Shown here: positions 37,927 to 48,187 of the stretch, in pieces
How the letters are laid out: each line of letters opens with the position of its first letter
Numbering within the stretch: the first letter of the stretch is position 1
Source: Acutalibacteraceae bacterium
Lineage (GTDB): Bacteria > Bacillota > Clostridia > Oscillospirales > Acutalibacteraceae
Direction of reading: 5' to 3'
DNA length: 64,000 nucleotides
Assembly: GCA_045591465.1 (NCBI GenBank)
Contig: JAZNSZ010000018.1
Location: forward strand, 5,730-69,729
Notes under the pieces: generated by a model
Seen by the model: only the letters and a program-made list of their open reading frames with translations
Databases searched by the model: none
Told to the model about the DNA's origin: nothing
Position numbers and translations under genes: made by a program

Positions 37927-38784
37927 ATGGCAAAGGATAAAAGAAACCGTCTTAACCGAAGTTTAGGTGGTAATGCAGTTACATTTTTTGTAATTATCAT
38001 TCTAGGCCTTTTCATGCTTGTTCCGATGATATATGTTGTCGGAAATGCATTTAAACCTATTGAAGAACTTTACCGTTTCCCGCCTACTTTGTTTGTTCAA
38101 ACCCCCACAACAAAGAACTTTACTAACATGTTCAATTTGCTTAATGAAACAACAATGCCGTTTATGCGTTATTTCTTTAATACAATTTTGCAGACAGCGG
38201 TAGCAAGTGTGGGACAAATAGTATTTGCTTCGCTTTGTGCATATTCACTTGCAAAAATCCCATTCCCTGGTAGTAATGCAATATTTAAAGTTATTGTTTT
38301 TTCACTTATGTTTTCGGGTACAGTTACTTCGGTACCAACATACATAATCTATGTAAAACTTGGACTTATAGATACATATGCAGGTATGCTTTTACCAACT
38401 TTGGTAAGCACTATGGGATTTTATCTTATTAAGCAGTTTATGCATACTAATGTTCCAAACGAGTTGCTTGAAGCAGCGCGTATTGACGGTGCATCGGAAC
38501 TTAATGTTTTCTTTAAAATAGTAATGCCACTTTTGAAACCCGCGTGGTATACACTTGTAATTTTATCTATTCAAAACTTGTGGGGTGCCGGTGCGTCACA
38601 TACCTATCGCGAAGTTTTCAAAACATTGCCGCAAGCACTTTCTCAAATTTCGGCGGGTGGTATTGAAAGAACAGGTGTTAGTTCTGCTGCGACACTAATA
38701 ATGTTAGTAGTACCTATCGGCTGTTTCGTAATTATGCAGTCGAAAATTGTCGATACAATGAGTTCTGCGGGACTTAAAGGCTGA
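37927..38784 (+). CDS. Sugar ABC transporter permease (MalG/LplC type)
   Basis: EAARIDGASELNVFFKIVMPL EAA motif in a polytopic protein. Confidence 0.9.
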   Translation: MAKDKRNRLNRSLGGNAVTFFVIIILGLFMLVPMIYVVGNAFKPIEELYRFPPTLFVQTPTTKNFTNMFNLLNETTMPFMRYFFNTILQTAVASVGQIVFASLCAYSLAKIPFPGSNAIFKVIVFSLMFSGTVTSVPTYIIYVKLGLIDTYAGMLLPTLVSTMGFYLIKQFMHTNVPNELLEAARIDGASELNVFFKIVMPLLKPAWYTLVILSIQNLWGAGASHTYREVFKTLPQALSQISAGGIERTGVSSAATLIMLVVPIGCFVIMQSKIVDTMSSAGLKG

Positions 38785-40274
38785 TGGAAAGGAAATTATA
38801 TATGAAAAAAATATGTAGTATTTTGGCAGTTGTAGTTTTTGTTCTTTTATCAGCTTTGCCAGTATCGGCTTCGACAGCGGAGGTTCCGTACGAAAATTAT
38901 ATTTATTCCGAATCTGATAAAAGTGCAATTCCTTGCCCTCAGGCATATCTTCCAAGTGTTGAAATATTCGGCTCTTCTTTAGGAATAGGGGAAATGAAAT
39001 CTCCAACCGATTTGGATGCAGACGATAATGGCGACATTTATATACTTGATACGGGCAATAATCGCGTTGTAGTTTTAAACAGCGATTTGTCATTAAAGAA
39101 AACTTTCGATTGCACTGTAAAGTTGGAAGATGGCACAAAATCGTTACTTGATGGCGCACAGGGTATCGCTGTTACGGAAGACTGTTTCTATGTATGCGAT
39201 ACTAATAACAACCGTATTTTAATATTCAATAAAACAAATGGTGAGTATATAAAAAGCATTGGTGCGCCAACAGCAAGTTCGCTCGGTGAAGATTTTATAT
39301 TTAAACCAACAAGATTAGATGTTGATGAAAAGGGCAACCTTTATATAGTTGGTAATGGTGTATATGAAGGAATTCTCAATCTTAATGCTAACGGTGAATT
39401 TTTAGGATTCTTTGCTAGTAATAAGGTATCGACATCGGCATGGGATTTGTTTTGGAGAAACTTTTCTACTATAGAACAGCGTAAAAAGATGGTACAGTTG
39501 GTGCCACAAGATTTTTCCAGCATTGATATGGACGATGAAGGTTTTTTCTTTGTGACAACCTTTACCGCTGTTGGCGGCTCTATGGTTAAAAGAGTTAATC
39601 CCGGCGGAAATAACGTTATCAGACAAATGTCTTCCATAAATACCGCGGGAGATCCTGCTAAATATTATAGTGGTTCACTTGCAGGAAAAAGCAGTTTTTC
39701 TGACGTAGCTGCCGGTCGTTATAAAATCTATGCTTGTCTTGATAAAACTCGTGGTAGAATTTTCTGCTACAACAATGACGGGTATATGATATACAATTTT
39801 GGCATATTAAGTGACCGTACCGGTGGATTTTTAAATCCGGTTGCGGTGACATATCTTGATGATGAGAGAATTGCTGTTTTAGATACCGTAGCTAATTCGG
39901 TTACGGTTTTTGAACCCACTGAGTATGCAAAAAGCATTAATTTAGGCGTAAAATATCTCAACGAGCTTAATTATGATGCGGCACATGCCGAATGGGGAAA
40001 AGTGTTGACGCAGAACGGAAATTTTGAATTGGCACTTAACATGATAGGCCGTTCATATTTTAATAACGGTGAATATGAAAAAGCGATGGAATACTTTCAA
40101 AAATCAAGCAACAATGAGATGTATTCCAATGCAAAAAAGACTTTACGTTCAAAACGCATATATGAATATTCGTGGCTAATAGTAGCTGTTATTGTAGTTT
40201 TGATTTTAGTGCTTATTTGGCGTTTTATTATGCGCTTAATCAAAAAAAATAACAGACAATATGATTATGATTGA
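38784..40274 (+). CDS. Secreted NHL-repeat beta-propeller protein with TPR-like region and C-terminal TM anchor
   Basis: NHL motifs DIYILDTGNNRVVVL, FYVCDTNNNRILIF and IAVLDTVANSVTVF. C-terminal TM segment WLIVAVIVVLILVLIW. Alternative start at 38802. Confidence 0.7.
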   Translation: MERKLYMKKICSILAVVVFVLLSALPVSASTAEVPYENYIYSESDKSAIPCPQAYLPSVEIFGSSLGIGEMKSPTDLDADDNGDIYILDTGNNRVVVLNSDLSLKKTFDCTVKLEDGTKSLLDGAQGIAVTEDCFYVCDTNNNRILIFNKTNGEYIKSIGAPTASSLGEDFIFKPTRLDVDEKGNLYIVGNGVYEGILNLNANGEFLGFFASNKVSTSAWDLFWRNFSTIEQRKKMVQLVPQDFSSIDMDDEGFFFVTTFTAVGGSMVKRVNPGGNNVIRQMSSINTAGDPAKYYSGSLAGKSSFSDVAAGRYKIYACLDKTRGRIFCYNNDGYMIYNFGILSDRTGGFLNPVAVTYLDDERIAVLDTVANSVTVFEPTEYAKSINLGVKYLNELNYDAAHAEWGKVLTQNGNFELALNMIGRSYFNNGEYEKAMEYFQKSSNNEMYSNAKKTLRSKRIYEYSWLIVAVIVVLILVLIWRFIMRLIKKNNRQYDYD

Positions 40275-40289
40275 AAATAGGTGCTTTTT

Positions 40290-40916
40290 ATGCAAGAAAT
40301 GATTAAAGGTCTGCTTCATACCTTTTATATTCTTTCACATCCTTTTGATGGCTTTTGGACAATGAAAAGCGAAAAGAAAGGAAACTTAAGATCTGCATTT
40401 TTAATACTTTTGCTTTTGGTAATTACAACTGCTATTCGTATTTTGTTAAGCGGTTATCTTTTTACTTCGAAAACTCTTTTACAATTTTCAATATGGATAT
40501 TAGCATTGTTAATTGTGGTTTGTGTCTTGCTTTATTGTGTTGCCAACTGGGCGCTAACTACGCTTTTTGAAGGAAAAGGAAAAATTTCCGAAATATTTAT
40601 TGCTCTTATGTATTCGCTAACACCCATTATAATTGCAAACATTCCTATTACTGTTATGACACATATCGTTGTTGCAAATGAAGCAGCTTTTGTGTCTTTT
40701 GTAAATGTACTATCAGTAATTTGGGCAGTATTTTTATTGCTTGTCGGAAACCTGACGATACATGAATATACAATGATTAAAAGTATAATTTCAGTAGTAT
40801 TTACCGGTTGTGCGATGATTGCGATTGCTGTGTTGCTTATACTTGGCTGTAACCTTATACAACAGGTTTGGATATGGGTAGTCTCAATAATTAAGGAAAT
40901 AGTGTTAAGATTGTAA
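40290..40916 (+). CDS. Yip1-family integral membrane protein
   Basis: N-terminal HPFDGFW followed by 5 TM segments. AGGTG RBS before the ATG at 40290. Confidence 0.6.
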   Translation: MQEMIKGLLHTFYILSHPFDGFWTMKSEKKGNLRSAFLILLLLVITTAIRILLSGYLFTSKTLLQFSIWILALLIVVCVLLYCVANWALTTLFEGKGKISEIFIALMYSLTPIIIANIPITVMTHIVVANEAAFVSFVNVLSVIWAVFLLLVGNLTIHEYTMIKSIISVVFTGCAMIAIAVLLILGCNLIQQVWIWVVSIIKEIVLRL

Positions 40917-40941
40917 TGTAATGACTTTATGAAGGAGCCGT

Positions 40942-43458
40942 ATGATGAAAAATCATATACTAAAAGGGATAGTTGCTATACTGACGGCGTTGTTAATACC
41001 TGTAACATTATGTGCGAATGCACAACCCGCCGTACTTGATTCACAAAATACATCGAGCACATCCAAACCGACTGAAGGTTTTGAAGAGGTGCTTCAAAAC
41101 GATAATTATATCCTTTTTTTCAATAGTGCAACTGCTGATGCTGCACTTACCGATAAAAAGACAGGGCAGACTATATATACAACACCTATCGGTAAAGAAA
41201 GTGATGTATTAGCTGCCGGCGGAAATATAAATAATTTAAGAAGCCAGGTTGTAGTCTATTATTATAAAGATAAGACTGTTCTTTCAATGAATAGTTTTAT
41301 GGATTGTTTGCAACAGCAGGGTATAGAGTATGAAGTCGCTAATGATACCCTTTCTGTCACTTATAATATTGGCGATACCAGTTTTTCGGCAAATATACTT
41401 CCACGTGCTATCACTAAGAAAAGAATGGAAGAAAAAATTCTTTCAAAATTAAGTGAAGAAGATGCACAAAAAGTATTAAATCGTTATAAACTTTATTCAC
41501 GTGATGAACTTGATGCTGAAGCGCTCAAAAGTATACGTCTTAATTTCCCCGGAATCGATAAGGATGACCTCTATATCAGAGCAAAGATAGCTGATTATAT
41601 TGCTGAGGATTTATGGGGATTATTTGAAAGCGTAGGATATACTACTGAAGATTTGCAGATTGACTGCGATGAAGTTGGTATAGAAAATACATACGTAGAA
41701 AAGGCTAAATTTAAAATTACTCTTGAGTATAATCTTACCGATGATGGATTCTCGGTAAAGATGGATCCGAAAAAGGTAGAGTATCTTCAAGAGTATAAAC
41801 CTTTCCGTATCGAAATATTACCCTTCTTATGTGCGGCAGATAGTTCGCATGAGGGATTTATATTTGTTCCGGACGGCAGTGGCTCTATTATAAATTTCAA
41901 TAATGGAAAAACTTCGGCTAATGGTTATTGGAAAGACCTTTTTAATCACGATGCTGCTATAACTAAGGATGAAAATTTAAATGATGCACAGTTGTCGGTG
42001 TTGCCGGTATTTGCTTTATCATCAGATGATTACGGAATCCTAGCTACTATTGACAGTGGTTATGAGTCTGCGGGAATTGCGGCTGATATTTCGGGCAAGT
42101 TTAATTCCTACAATTATGTGTATCCGTTCTTTGGAATGGTAGCCGTTGATGAAGTTTCACTTACAAAGCAAGAATTAGATGCATTTATTCTAATGAGTGA
42201 AGACCTTATATCAACAGAAATAAAAGTATCATATCATCTTACTAAAGGTGGAGCTACTTATAGCGATTTGGCGCTTTTGTATCGTGATATTTTAAAGAAA
42301 AATGGAACACTTCCAAAAACCGCTAAGTCGGATAACTCCGACCTTAATATCGACTTTATTACAAGTGCTTATGTAACTAAGCGTTTCCTTGGAATCCCAT
42401 ATAGAACAATAACTTCTCTTACTACATATAATCAAGCAGCTGAAATACTTAATGGAATTTCTGATATTTCTGCGGATGTAACGCTTGTTAATGCGCTTTC
42501 CGGCGGTATAAATCAGTCTTCCAATAATAAGATTAAGTTTTTATCTTGTCTTGGTTCTAAGAAAGAAAGAGAAAACTTAAGTTCTATTGCAAATAATCTT
42601 TCAGTTTCTTATTATGCGCAACGAGCACGTAATATCAAAAATTCTCACAGAACAAAAGCTATCAATCGTAGTAACATAAATTCATTTATGTATAACATTG
42701 TAAGCAGATATTATGAAAAAACGAATGTTATGAGATTTTTGTCATCTTCAAAACTTACTGACTATGCTAAAAAAATCAATAAGTCTATTGCGGCAAATAA
42801 TCTTTCATCTGTGAATATTCTTGATTTAGGGTATGAGCTTAACAGTGATTTCAACGTTAAAAACCAATATGATAGGGTAGAAGCGCGTCAAGAAGTTGAA
42901 AAATATCTTGAAACTGTTTCTGAAAAAACACGCCTTACTGTTGATACAGGTTCATACTTCTCACTTAAATATGCTTCTAAAATTAAAAATATACCTACCA
43001 CACACAGTGGGTATAAAATTAATGATTACGCCGTTCCATTCTATCAAATTGTTATAAGCGGCAGTATTCCGTACACAGTACCTTCGATTAACCAAAGTCA
43101 TGATATGCAAACTGCGTTCTTAAAAGCAGTTGAAATCGGAGCGCAATTACAGTGTACTTGGATTTATGAGAATGCAGATAACATTATAGATACACGTGAA
43201 AAATATTACGGTGTTCTCTATGAAGGTTCGATAGAGCAAATTGCCGGATATGCTCGTGACTATCGTGATGTGTACGCTAAAATTTCAAAAAGTGCAATTT
43301 CGGAGCACAAAATATATTCCGAAACACTTACCAAAACCGAATATGAAAACGGTATTGCTGTATATGTAAACTATGGCGAAAAATCCGCATCGGTTGATGG
43401 TATAGTTGTAGAACCGAAAGACTTTTATGTAAAGGATGGTGGAAACAGTGTGGAATAA
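40942..43458 (+). CDS. Large secreted protein of unknown function (resembles proteins I recall being annotated DUF5696)
   Basis: Signal peptide and a FIFVPDGSGSII motif. The family assignment is from memory only. Confidence 0.5.
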   Translation: MMKNHILKGIVAILTALLIPVTLCANAQPAVLDSQNTSSTSKPTEGFEEVLQNDNYILFFNSATADAALTDKKTGQTIYTTPIGKESDVLAAGGNINNLRSQVVVYYYKDKTVLSMNSFMDCLQQQGIEYEVANDTLSVTYNIGDTSFSANILPRAITKKRMEEKILSKLSEEDAQKVLNRYKLYSRDELDAEALKSIRLNFPGIDKDDLYIRAKIADYIAEDLWGLFESVGYTTEDLQIDCDEVGIENTYVEKAKFKITLEYNLTDDGFSVKMDPKKVEYLQEYKPFRIEILPFLCAADSSHEGFIFVPDGSGSIINFNNGKTSANGYWKDLFNHDAAITKDENLNDAQLSVLPVFALSSDDYGILATIDSGYESAGIAADISGKFNSYNYVYPFFGMVAVDEVSLTKQELDAFILMSEDLISTEIKVSYHLTKGGATYSDLALLYRDILKKNGTLPKTAKSDNSDLNIDFITSAYVTKRFLGIPYRTITSLTTYNQAAEILNGISDISADVTLVNALSGGINQSSNNKIKFLSCLGSKKERENLSSIANNLSVSYYAQRARNIKNSHRTKAINRSNINSFMYNIVSRYYEKTNVMRFLSSSKLTDYAKKINKSIAANNLSSVNILDLGYELNSDFNVKNQYDRVEARQEVEKYLETVSEKTRLTVDTGSYFSLKYASKIKNIPTTHSGYKINDYAVPFYQIVISGSIPYTVPSINQSHDMQTAFLKAVEIGAQLQCTWIYENADNIIDTREKYYGVLYEGSIEQIAGYARDYRDVYAKISKSAISEHKIYSETLTKTEYENGIAVYVNYGEKSASVDGIVVEPKDFYVKDGGNSVE

Positions 43459-44368
43459 AATTAAACGTAATCCGTTTGAGGCCATGAGTCTTAAGGATAA
43501 GGAAGCAACAAAAAGCTACCTGTTTTTCATCCCTCTTATAATAGGTCTTATAATATTTTTCATTATTCCAACTGTTAAATCGTTCCTTTTTAGTATAAGT
43601 GATGTTACAAGCGGTGCAGGTGGATATAGTTTTTCTATTACAGGTATCGCCGCTTATAAAGAGGCGTTAATGTCGCACGGAAGTTATAGACAAACGGTTG
43701 TTAAGTCGGCAATGGAAGTTGTAACTCAAACACCATTGATTATACTTTTCAGTTTCTTTATGGCATCCGTTCTTAATCAAAACTTTAAGGGAAAGACTTT
43801 CTTTAGAGTAGTGTTTTTCCTGCCTGTTATTTTAACCGTTATGAATGTTCATACTAGTTCAATGGAAGATAATATGGGTGCATTTTCAAGTTATAAAAGC
43901 ACTGAAGAAACAGTGGTATCCTTTACTTCACAAATAACCGAGTTTTTAATACAGGCCGGTTTAGGAGAAGATATCGCGGGAAGTATCACAAGTATAGCGG
44001 ATAGTGTTTATGATGTTATTTCGCTATCTGCAATACAGATTCTTATTATGCTAATCGGTATGCAGGCAATATCTCCCTCACTTTATGAGGCTGCCAGAGT
44101 AGAAGGCGCTACTGGATGGGAAAGTTTTTGGAAGATTACTGTTCCCATGGTAAGCCCGATGATTATGACTTGTGTTATATACACTATCATCGATTCATTT
44201 ACGGCAACCGGAAATAAAGTTATGACGCTTATGTCAGATACCGCTTTTAATAATTTGAATTTCTCCTTAGGTTCGGCTATGGGTTGGATATACTTTGCAC
44301 TAATTGCAGTTATTTTGGCAATAGCGGCATGGTTATTCTCTAAAGTTGTTTTAAAATATGATTCGTGA
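43436..44368 (+). CDS. Sugar ABC transporter permease (second pair)
   Basis: YEAARVEGATGWESFWKITVPM EAA motif. The start is uncertain (ATG at 43436 or GTG at 43449). Confidence 0.85.
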   Translation: MVETVWNKIKRNPFEAMSLKDKEATKSYLFFIPLIIGLIIFFIIPTVKSFLFSISDVTSGAGGYSFSITGIAAYKEALMSHGSYRQTVVKSAMEVVTQTPLIILFSFFMASVLNQNFKGKTFFRVVFFLPVILTVMNVHTSSMEDNMGAFSSYKSTEETVVSFTSQITEFLIQAGLGEDIAGSITSIADSVYDVISLSAIQILIMLIGMQAISPSLYEAARVEGATGWESFWKITVPMVSPMIMTCVIYTIIDSFTATGNKVMTLMSDTAFNNLNFSLGSAMGWIYFALIAVILAIAAWLFSKVVLKYDS

Positions 44369-44380
44369 GGTGAATGAGTT

Positions 44381-45331
44381 ATGAAAAAATTAACACTGAA
44401 CGAACCGATGTTGAAAAAGAAAGCCGTGCCATTTTTATGGTCGGCGGTGCGATTGGTATTACTGATAGGTATAAGTTACACTATATTGTATCCATTATTT
44501 GCAAAAATGGCTCTTATGTTTATGGATGCAAAGGATTTAAGTGACTTCTCCGTAAAATGGATACCGCGTCATTTTACATTGGCAAACTTAAAAATCACCG
44601 TTACGATACTTGACTATTGGCAAGCATTGGCAAAAAGTATTGGCATAAGTTTTCTAATAGCATTGTTACAGGTTACGGTATGCACATTGTCGGCTTATGG
44701 TTTTTCGCGTTATCGTACAGCTGGTAAAAAGTTATTGTTTGGCGTAGTTATTGCAACACTTTTAATTCCGCCACAAACTTATATAGTAACACTTTATACT
44801 CAACTCCAACATTTTGATATATTTGGATTAGTTAAACTTTTCAATGGTAGTGGAATAAATTTACTTGATTCTGTATGGTCATTTATTATTCTTGCGGCAA
44901 CGGGTATGGGTATTAGAAGTGGACTTTATATCTATGTTGAGAAACAAACATTTTCGGCCTTGCCTAAAGAACTTGAGGAGGCAGCAAAGGTTGACGGCGC
45001 AGGAATGTTTAAAACCTTTACGTCAATAATGCTTCCTAACGCTATACCTACAATTGTTATGTGCTTTATACTTTCTTTTGTATGGCAATGGAATGATACG
45101 TTTTACACAACGTATTTTGCTCCAAAATTAGGCACTCTTTCTATGAAGATAGGTAGGATGCACGCGCTTGTAAGTGATTATCTTGGCGGATGGGAATTAC
45201 GGGTTTCTTCTGAATCTCAAATGCTTGCAAGTGTTGGTGTATTCTTGTGTGTGCTACCGCTTATTGTTCTTTTTATTTTCGGTCAGCGATATTTCGTTCA
45301 AGGTGTTGAACGTTCAGGCTTAGTAGGGTAA
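44381..45331 (+). CDS. Sugar ABC transporter permease (second pair)
   Basis: EEAAKVDGAGMFKTFTSIMLP EAA motif in a polytopic protein. Confidence 0.85.
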   Translation: MKKLTLNEPMLKKKAVPFLWSAVRLVLLIGISYTILYPLFAKMALMFMDAKDLSDFSVKWIPRHFTLANLKITVTILDYWQALAKSIGISFLIALLQVTVCTLSAYGFSRYRTAGKKLLFGVVIATLLIPPQTYIVTLYTQLQHFDIFGLVKLFNGSGINLLDSVWSFIILAATGMGIRSGLYIYVEKQTFSALPKELEEAAKVDGAGMFKTFTSIMLPNAIPTIVMCFILSFVWQWNDTFYTTYFAPKLGTLSMKIGRMHALVSDYLGGWELRVSSESQMLASVGVFLCVLPLIVLFIFGQRYFVQGVERSGLVG

Positions 45332-45359
45332 TACTTTAAATTAACGGAGGAAAAAAAAG

Positions 45360-48113
45360 ATGAAAAAATTGAAAATGACGTTAGCTTTGTTTTTGGCGAT
45401 TTGTCTGGGTTTTTGCAGTGTAGCCTGCAAGAAAAACGAATCGTCGGGCAATTCCGGTACCCAATCAGGTGTTAATGGCGGCTATTCTTCCAGCACAGAG
45501 GAAAATTATGATGATACCGTAAATGATTGGCAGGAAAACGGAAGCAATCAAGGAGATTTTGATAATACTGTCAATAACGATACTCCAACTCCTACACCCA
45601 CTCCAGGACAAACAGGTGATGATGAATTAATCAATCTTAACAAACCTCAAGAAGACGAACAGGAGGAAGAAGAGGAAGAAGAGGAAGAAGAGGAAGAAGA
45701 GGAAGAAGAACGCGTTTTCGAAGAATCGGCGCTCGCAGACCCTAATGCACTTAAGTATTATTATGAGGGTAGCTGTTATGCATATGGTATCGACGCAGAA
45801 GGCAGAGAATGTATAGCGTTTAAAAGTAAAGCCGGCGAATTGCTCGATGTACTTAGAGGCGCAGGAAAATTCAACTTAAAAACAAGTAGCGGTCTTTTAG
45901 TTGCAGGTACAGGGGAAATTGTATCGTTTAAGCAAACTATGAAAGATGCTTTTAACGGATTGATTATTGATTATGCAGTTGAGGGTTTAGATGCTGAAAC
46001 ATCTATAATTCAATATACTTATCTCTTTAAGGAAAATTGTATTTCTGTTTCGGCCCACATTAATGCTAATACAAATCGTACTATCGCAGCGAGCACATCA
46101 ACTTTCAACAGAATGTTCCTTACTGATTACTTAAATGAACAACATTTGTTAAATGCTGATTGGATATATCCAGCAAATGGTGACTATCCGTATCAAGAAT
46201 TTGAAAGTTTGTGTTTTAGAACACAACTTACAAAAGATGTTTATCTTTATTCTTTCCAACGCGGTGAACAAATAAGAACAGAGTATAGTGATGAAAAATG
46301 GAGTAGCGCTAAGATGCCGCTTACAATGGAAGATGCTCAAGGTCTGTTCTATACGCATGAATATGATATAACATTTGTTGATACTTTATACGAAAAAAAT
46401 GAAGGCGCTGATTATCGCGGACTTTTCAAAGGTCTTAATTCTGATTTTGCAGCTGGAATTGCTCCTATAAAAGCAACTGAAGATAACTCCACTTTGTTTA
46501 TCGGTAATTCAGTTGACCTTAATATCAATGTTACAAACCTTACCGATGACGACCTTACTTTTAGTCTTAGATATGATGTACGCGATTATTATGGTAATAT
46601 TGTATCAAAGGGATTGTTTATTAACAGCACGGCATATCAGTACGCAAGTGCGAATCGTACTATTAATGTATCCGGCAAATACGGAATATATTATCTAAAC
46701 CTTTATGTTATTTCAAAATATTCGACTTATGTTGAGTGTTATCCGTTTGCATTGCTTGAAGATTATACATATAAGTATAATGCTACAAGCCCATGGGGAT
46801 TAACTTCACCAAACACAAAAAATGATACAGAGGGTAGAAATACTGGAAGACTGTTTGCAAAAATCGGTGTTTCAAATTTCCGTATCAATCCTATTTATAG
46901 AGCTACATATGAAGAATGTATAAAGCTTGGAATAAACAGATTTAATACTCTTACACTTACGAACTTTGGTGAACAAACTGAAAAAGCATATATGAAAACC
47001 GTAATCGAAAGAATTGAGGATGAGGCAGATGTCACCTTAGCGGTTGAGAACGGAAACGAATCCAACCTTGCGGTTATAAGTGGAACAACCCAAGAAATAT
47101 ACGATAGGTATGTTGCCTTCTATAAGCACATGTTCTTACCGGTATATTCATATATGAGAAAAAATTATCCAAACCTTAAGTATATACCTTCTCCATTCTC
47201 AGCTGGTCAGCAGGAATGGATAGATTGTCTTGTTACAGGCGTTAAAGTAGATAATGATGGTGACGGAATAAAGGAAACCACTCTTGCTGAACCTATTTGG
47301 GATTTAGTTGATGCTGTATCTACTCACGTATATGGTACACCTTGGATGCCTGATAACTACGGAACATATAAACCGGCATACAAAGCAGGTTTATGGCATA
47401 TTGAACCCGCACTTCAGCGATTGCAGGAATGTCTTGGAAAGTATCTTCAAGCTGATGGAACAGAAAAGGATTTATATATAACTGAAGTAGGATATGCTAC
47501 TTATCCTGGTATAGAAACATCAATCGATCTTCGTACCCATGCTGATTATAACGTTCGTTCAGGAATTTTATGTTCGGCATACGGTGCTGATGTTATCCAG
47601 TATTACTGTACCTTTGATAAAAAGACTTGGGGTTCGGGATACGACCCTGTAGATAAAGAGTGGAACTTCGGTGCTTTTTATCAACATGATTATTACGGTC
47701 GTATTAAGCCAAAACCATGGGGCGTTGCATATGCAAGTATGACCCGTCTACTTGAAAGTATTGAAAAGAATTCGATGCATACTTATGACAAGTATGACGA
47801 AGGTTATGATAAAGCCGGCGTTCGTGCTTTCAAATGTAAAACTGCATTAAATGGCGATGTTGTAATTGCTTGGTCTAACTATGAAGTACTTTCAAACGGC
47901 AAAAAGGATGCCTCATCCCAGGTGGGTCTTAGAGTTCCTAATTTGCCTTGGAATAATCAATGGGAAAAGGTTGATGAAACTGTATTTGATGCCAAGGGTG
48001 ATACCGTTACCGTTATTGATATAATGGGTAATAAAACCACATATAAGGCAAAAGACGGTAAGGTAACAATACCGCTCTCAGGTTCACCTGTGTATCTTTT
48101 AGGTGTGAAATAA
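45360..48113 (+). CDS. Lipoprotein paralog of 22327-24873: putative extracellular clan GH-A-like glycoside hydrolase with PT and poly-Glu linker
   Basis: Lipobox CSVAC. Shares the FAAGIA...LNINVTN...YYLNLYV block, ENGNES and ITEVGYA motifs, and the C-terminal DTVTVIDIMGNK...GSPVY block with the paralog. Confidence 0.55.
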   Translation: MKKLKMTLALFLAICLGFCSVACKKNESSGNSGTQSGVNGGYSSSTEENYDDTVNDWQENGSNQGDFDNTVNNDTPTPTPTPGQTGDDELINLNKPQEDEQEEEEEEEEEEEEEEEERVFEESALADPNALKYYYEGSCYAYGIDAEGRECIAFKSKAGELLDVLRGAGKFNLKTSSGLLVAGTGEIVSFKQTMKDAFNGLIIDYAVEGLDAETSIIQYTYLFKENCISVSAHINANTNRTIAASTSTFNRMFLTDYLNEQHLLNADWIYPANGDYPYQEFESLCFRTQLTKDVYLYSFQRGEQIRTEYSDEKWSSAKMPLTMEDAQGLFYTHEYDITFVDTLYEKNEGADYRGLFKGLNSDFAAGIAPIKATEDNSTLFIGNSVDLNINVTNLTDDDLTFSLRYDVRDYYGNIVSKGLFINSTAYQYASANRTINVSGKYGIYYLNLYVISKYSTYVECYPFALLEDYTYKYNATSPWGLTSPNTKNDTEGRNTGRLFAKIGVSNFRINPIYRATYEECIKLGINRFNTLTLTNFGEQTEKAYMKTVIERIEDEADVTLAVENGNESNLAVISGTTQEIYDRYVAFYKHMFLPVYSYMRKNYPNLKYIPSPFSAGQQEWIDCLVTGVKVDNDGDGIKETTLAEPIWDLVDAVSTHVYGTPWMPDNYGTYKPAYKAGLWHIEPALQRLQECLGKYLQADGTEKDLYITEVGYATYPGIETSIDLRTHADYNVRSGILCSAYGADVIQYYCTFDKKTWGSGYDPVDKEWNFGAFYQHDYYGRIKPKPWGVAYASMTRLLESIEKNSMHTYDKYDEGYDKAGVRAFKCKTALNGDVVIAWSNYEVLSNGKKDASSQVGLRVPNLPWNNQWEKVDETVFDAKGDTVTVIDIMGNKTTYKAKDGKVTIPLSGSPVYLLGVK
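45658..45711 (+). repeat. In-frame 9-bp tandem repeat (GAGGAAGAA)n encoding a run of about 17 Glu
   Basis: Read directly at 45658-45711. Confidence 0.85.
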
Positions 48114-48187
48114 TTAACTTAACTACCTAATTAACTTTACTTCTAAGTAAAGCATATATTCTTAGCAGATAATAAGTCTATTATTGT

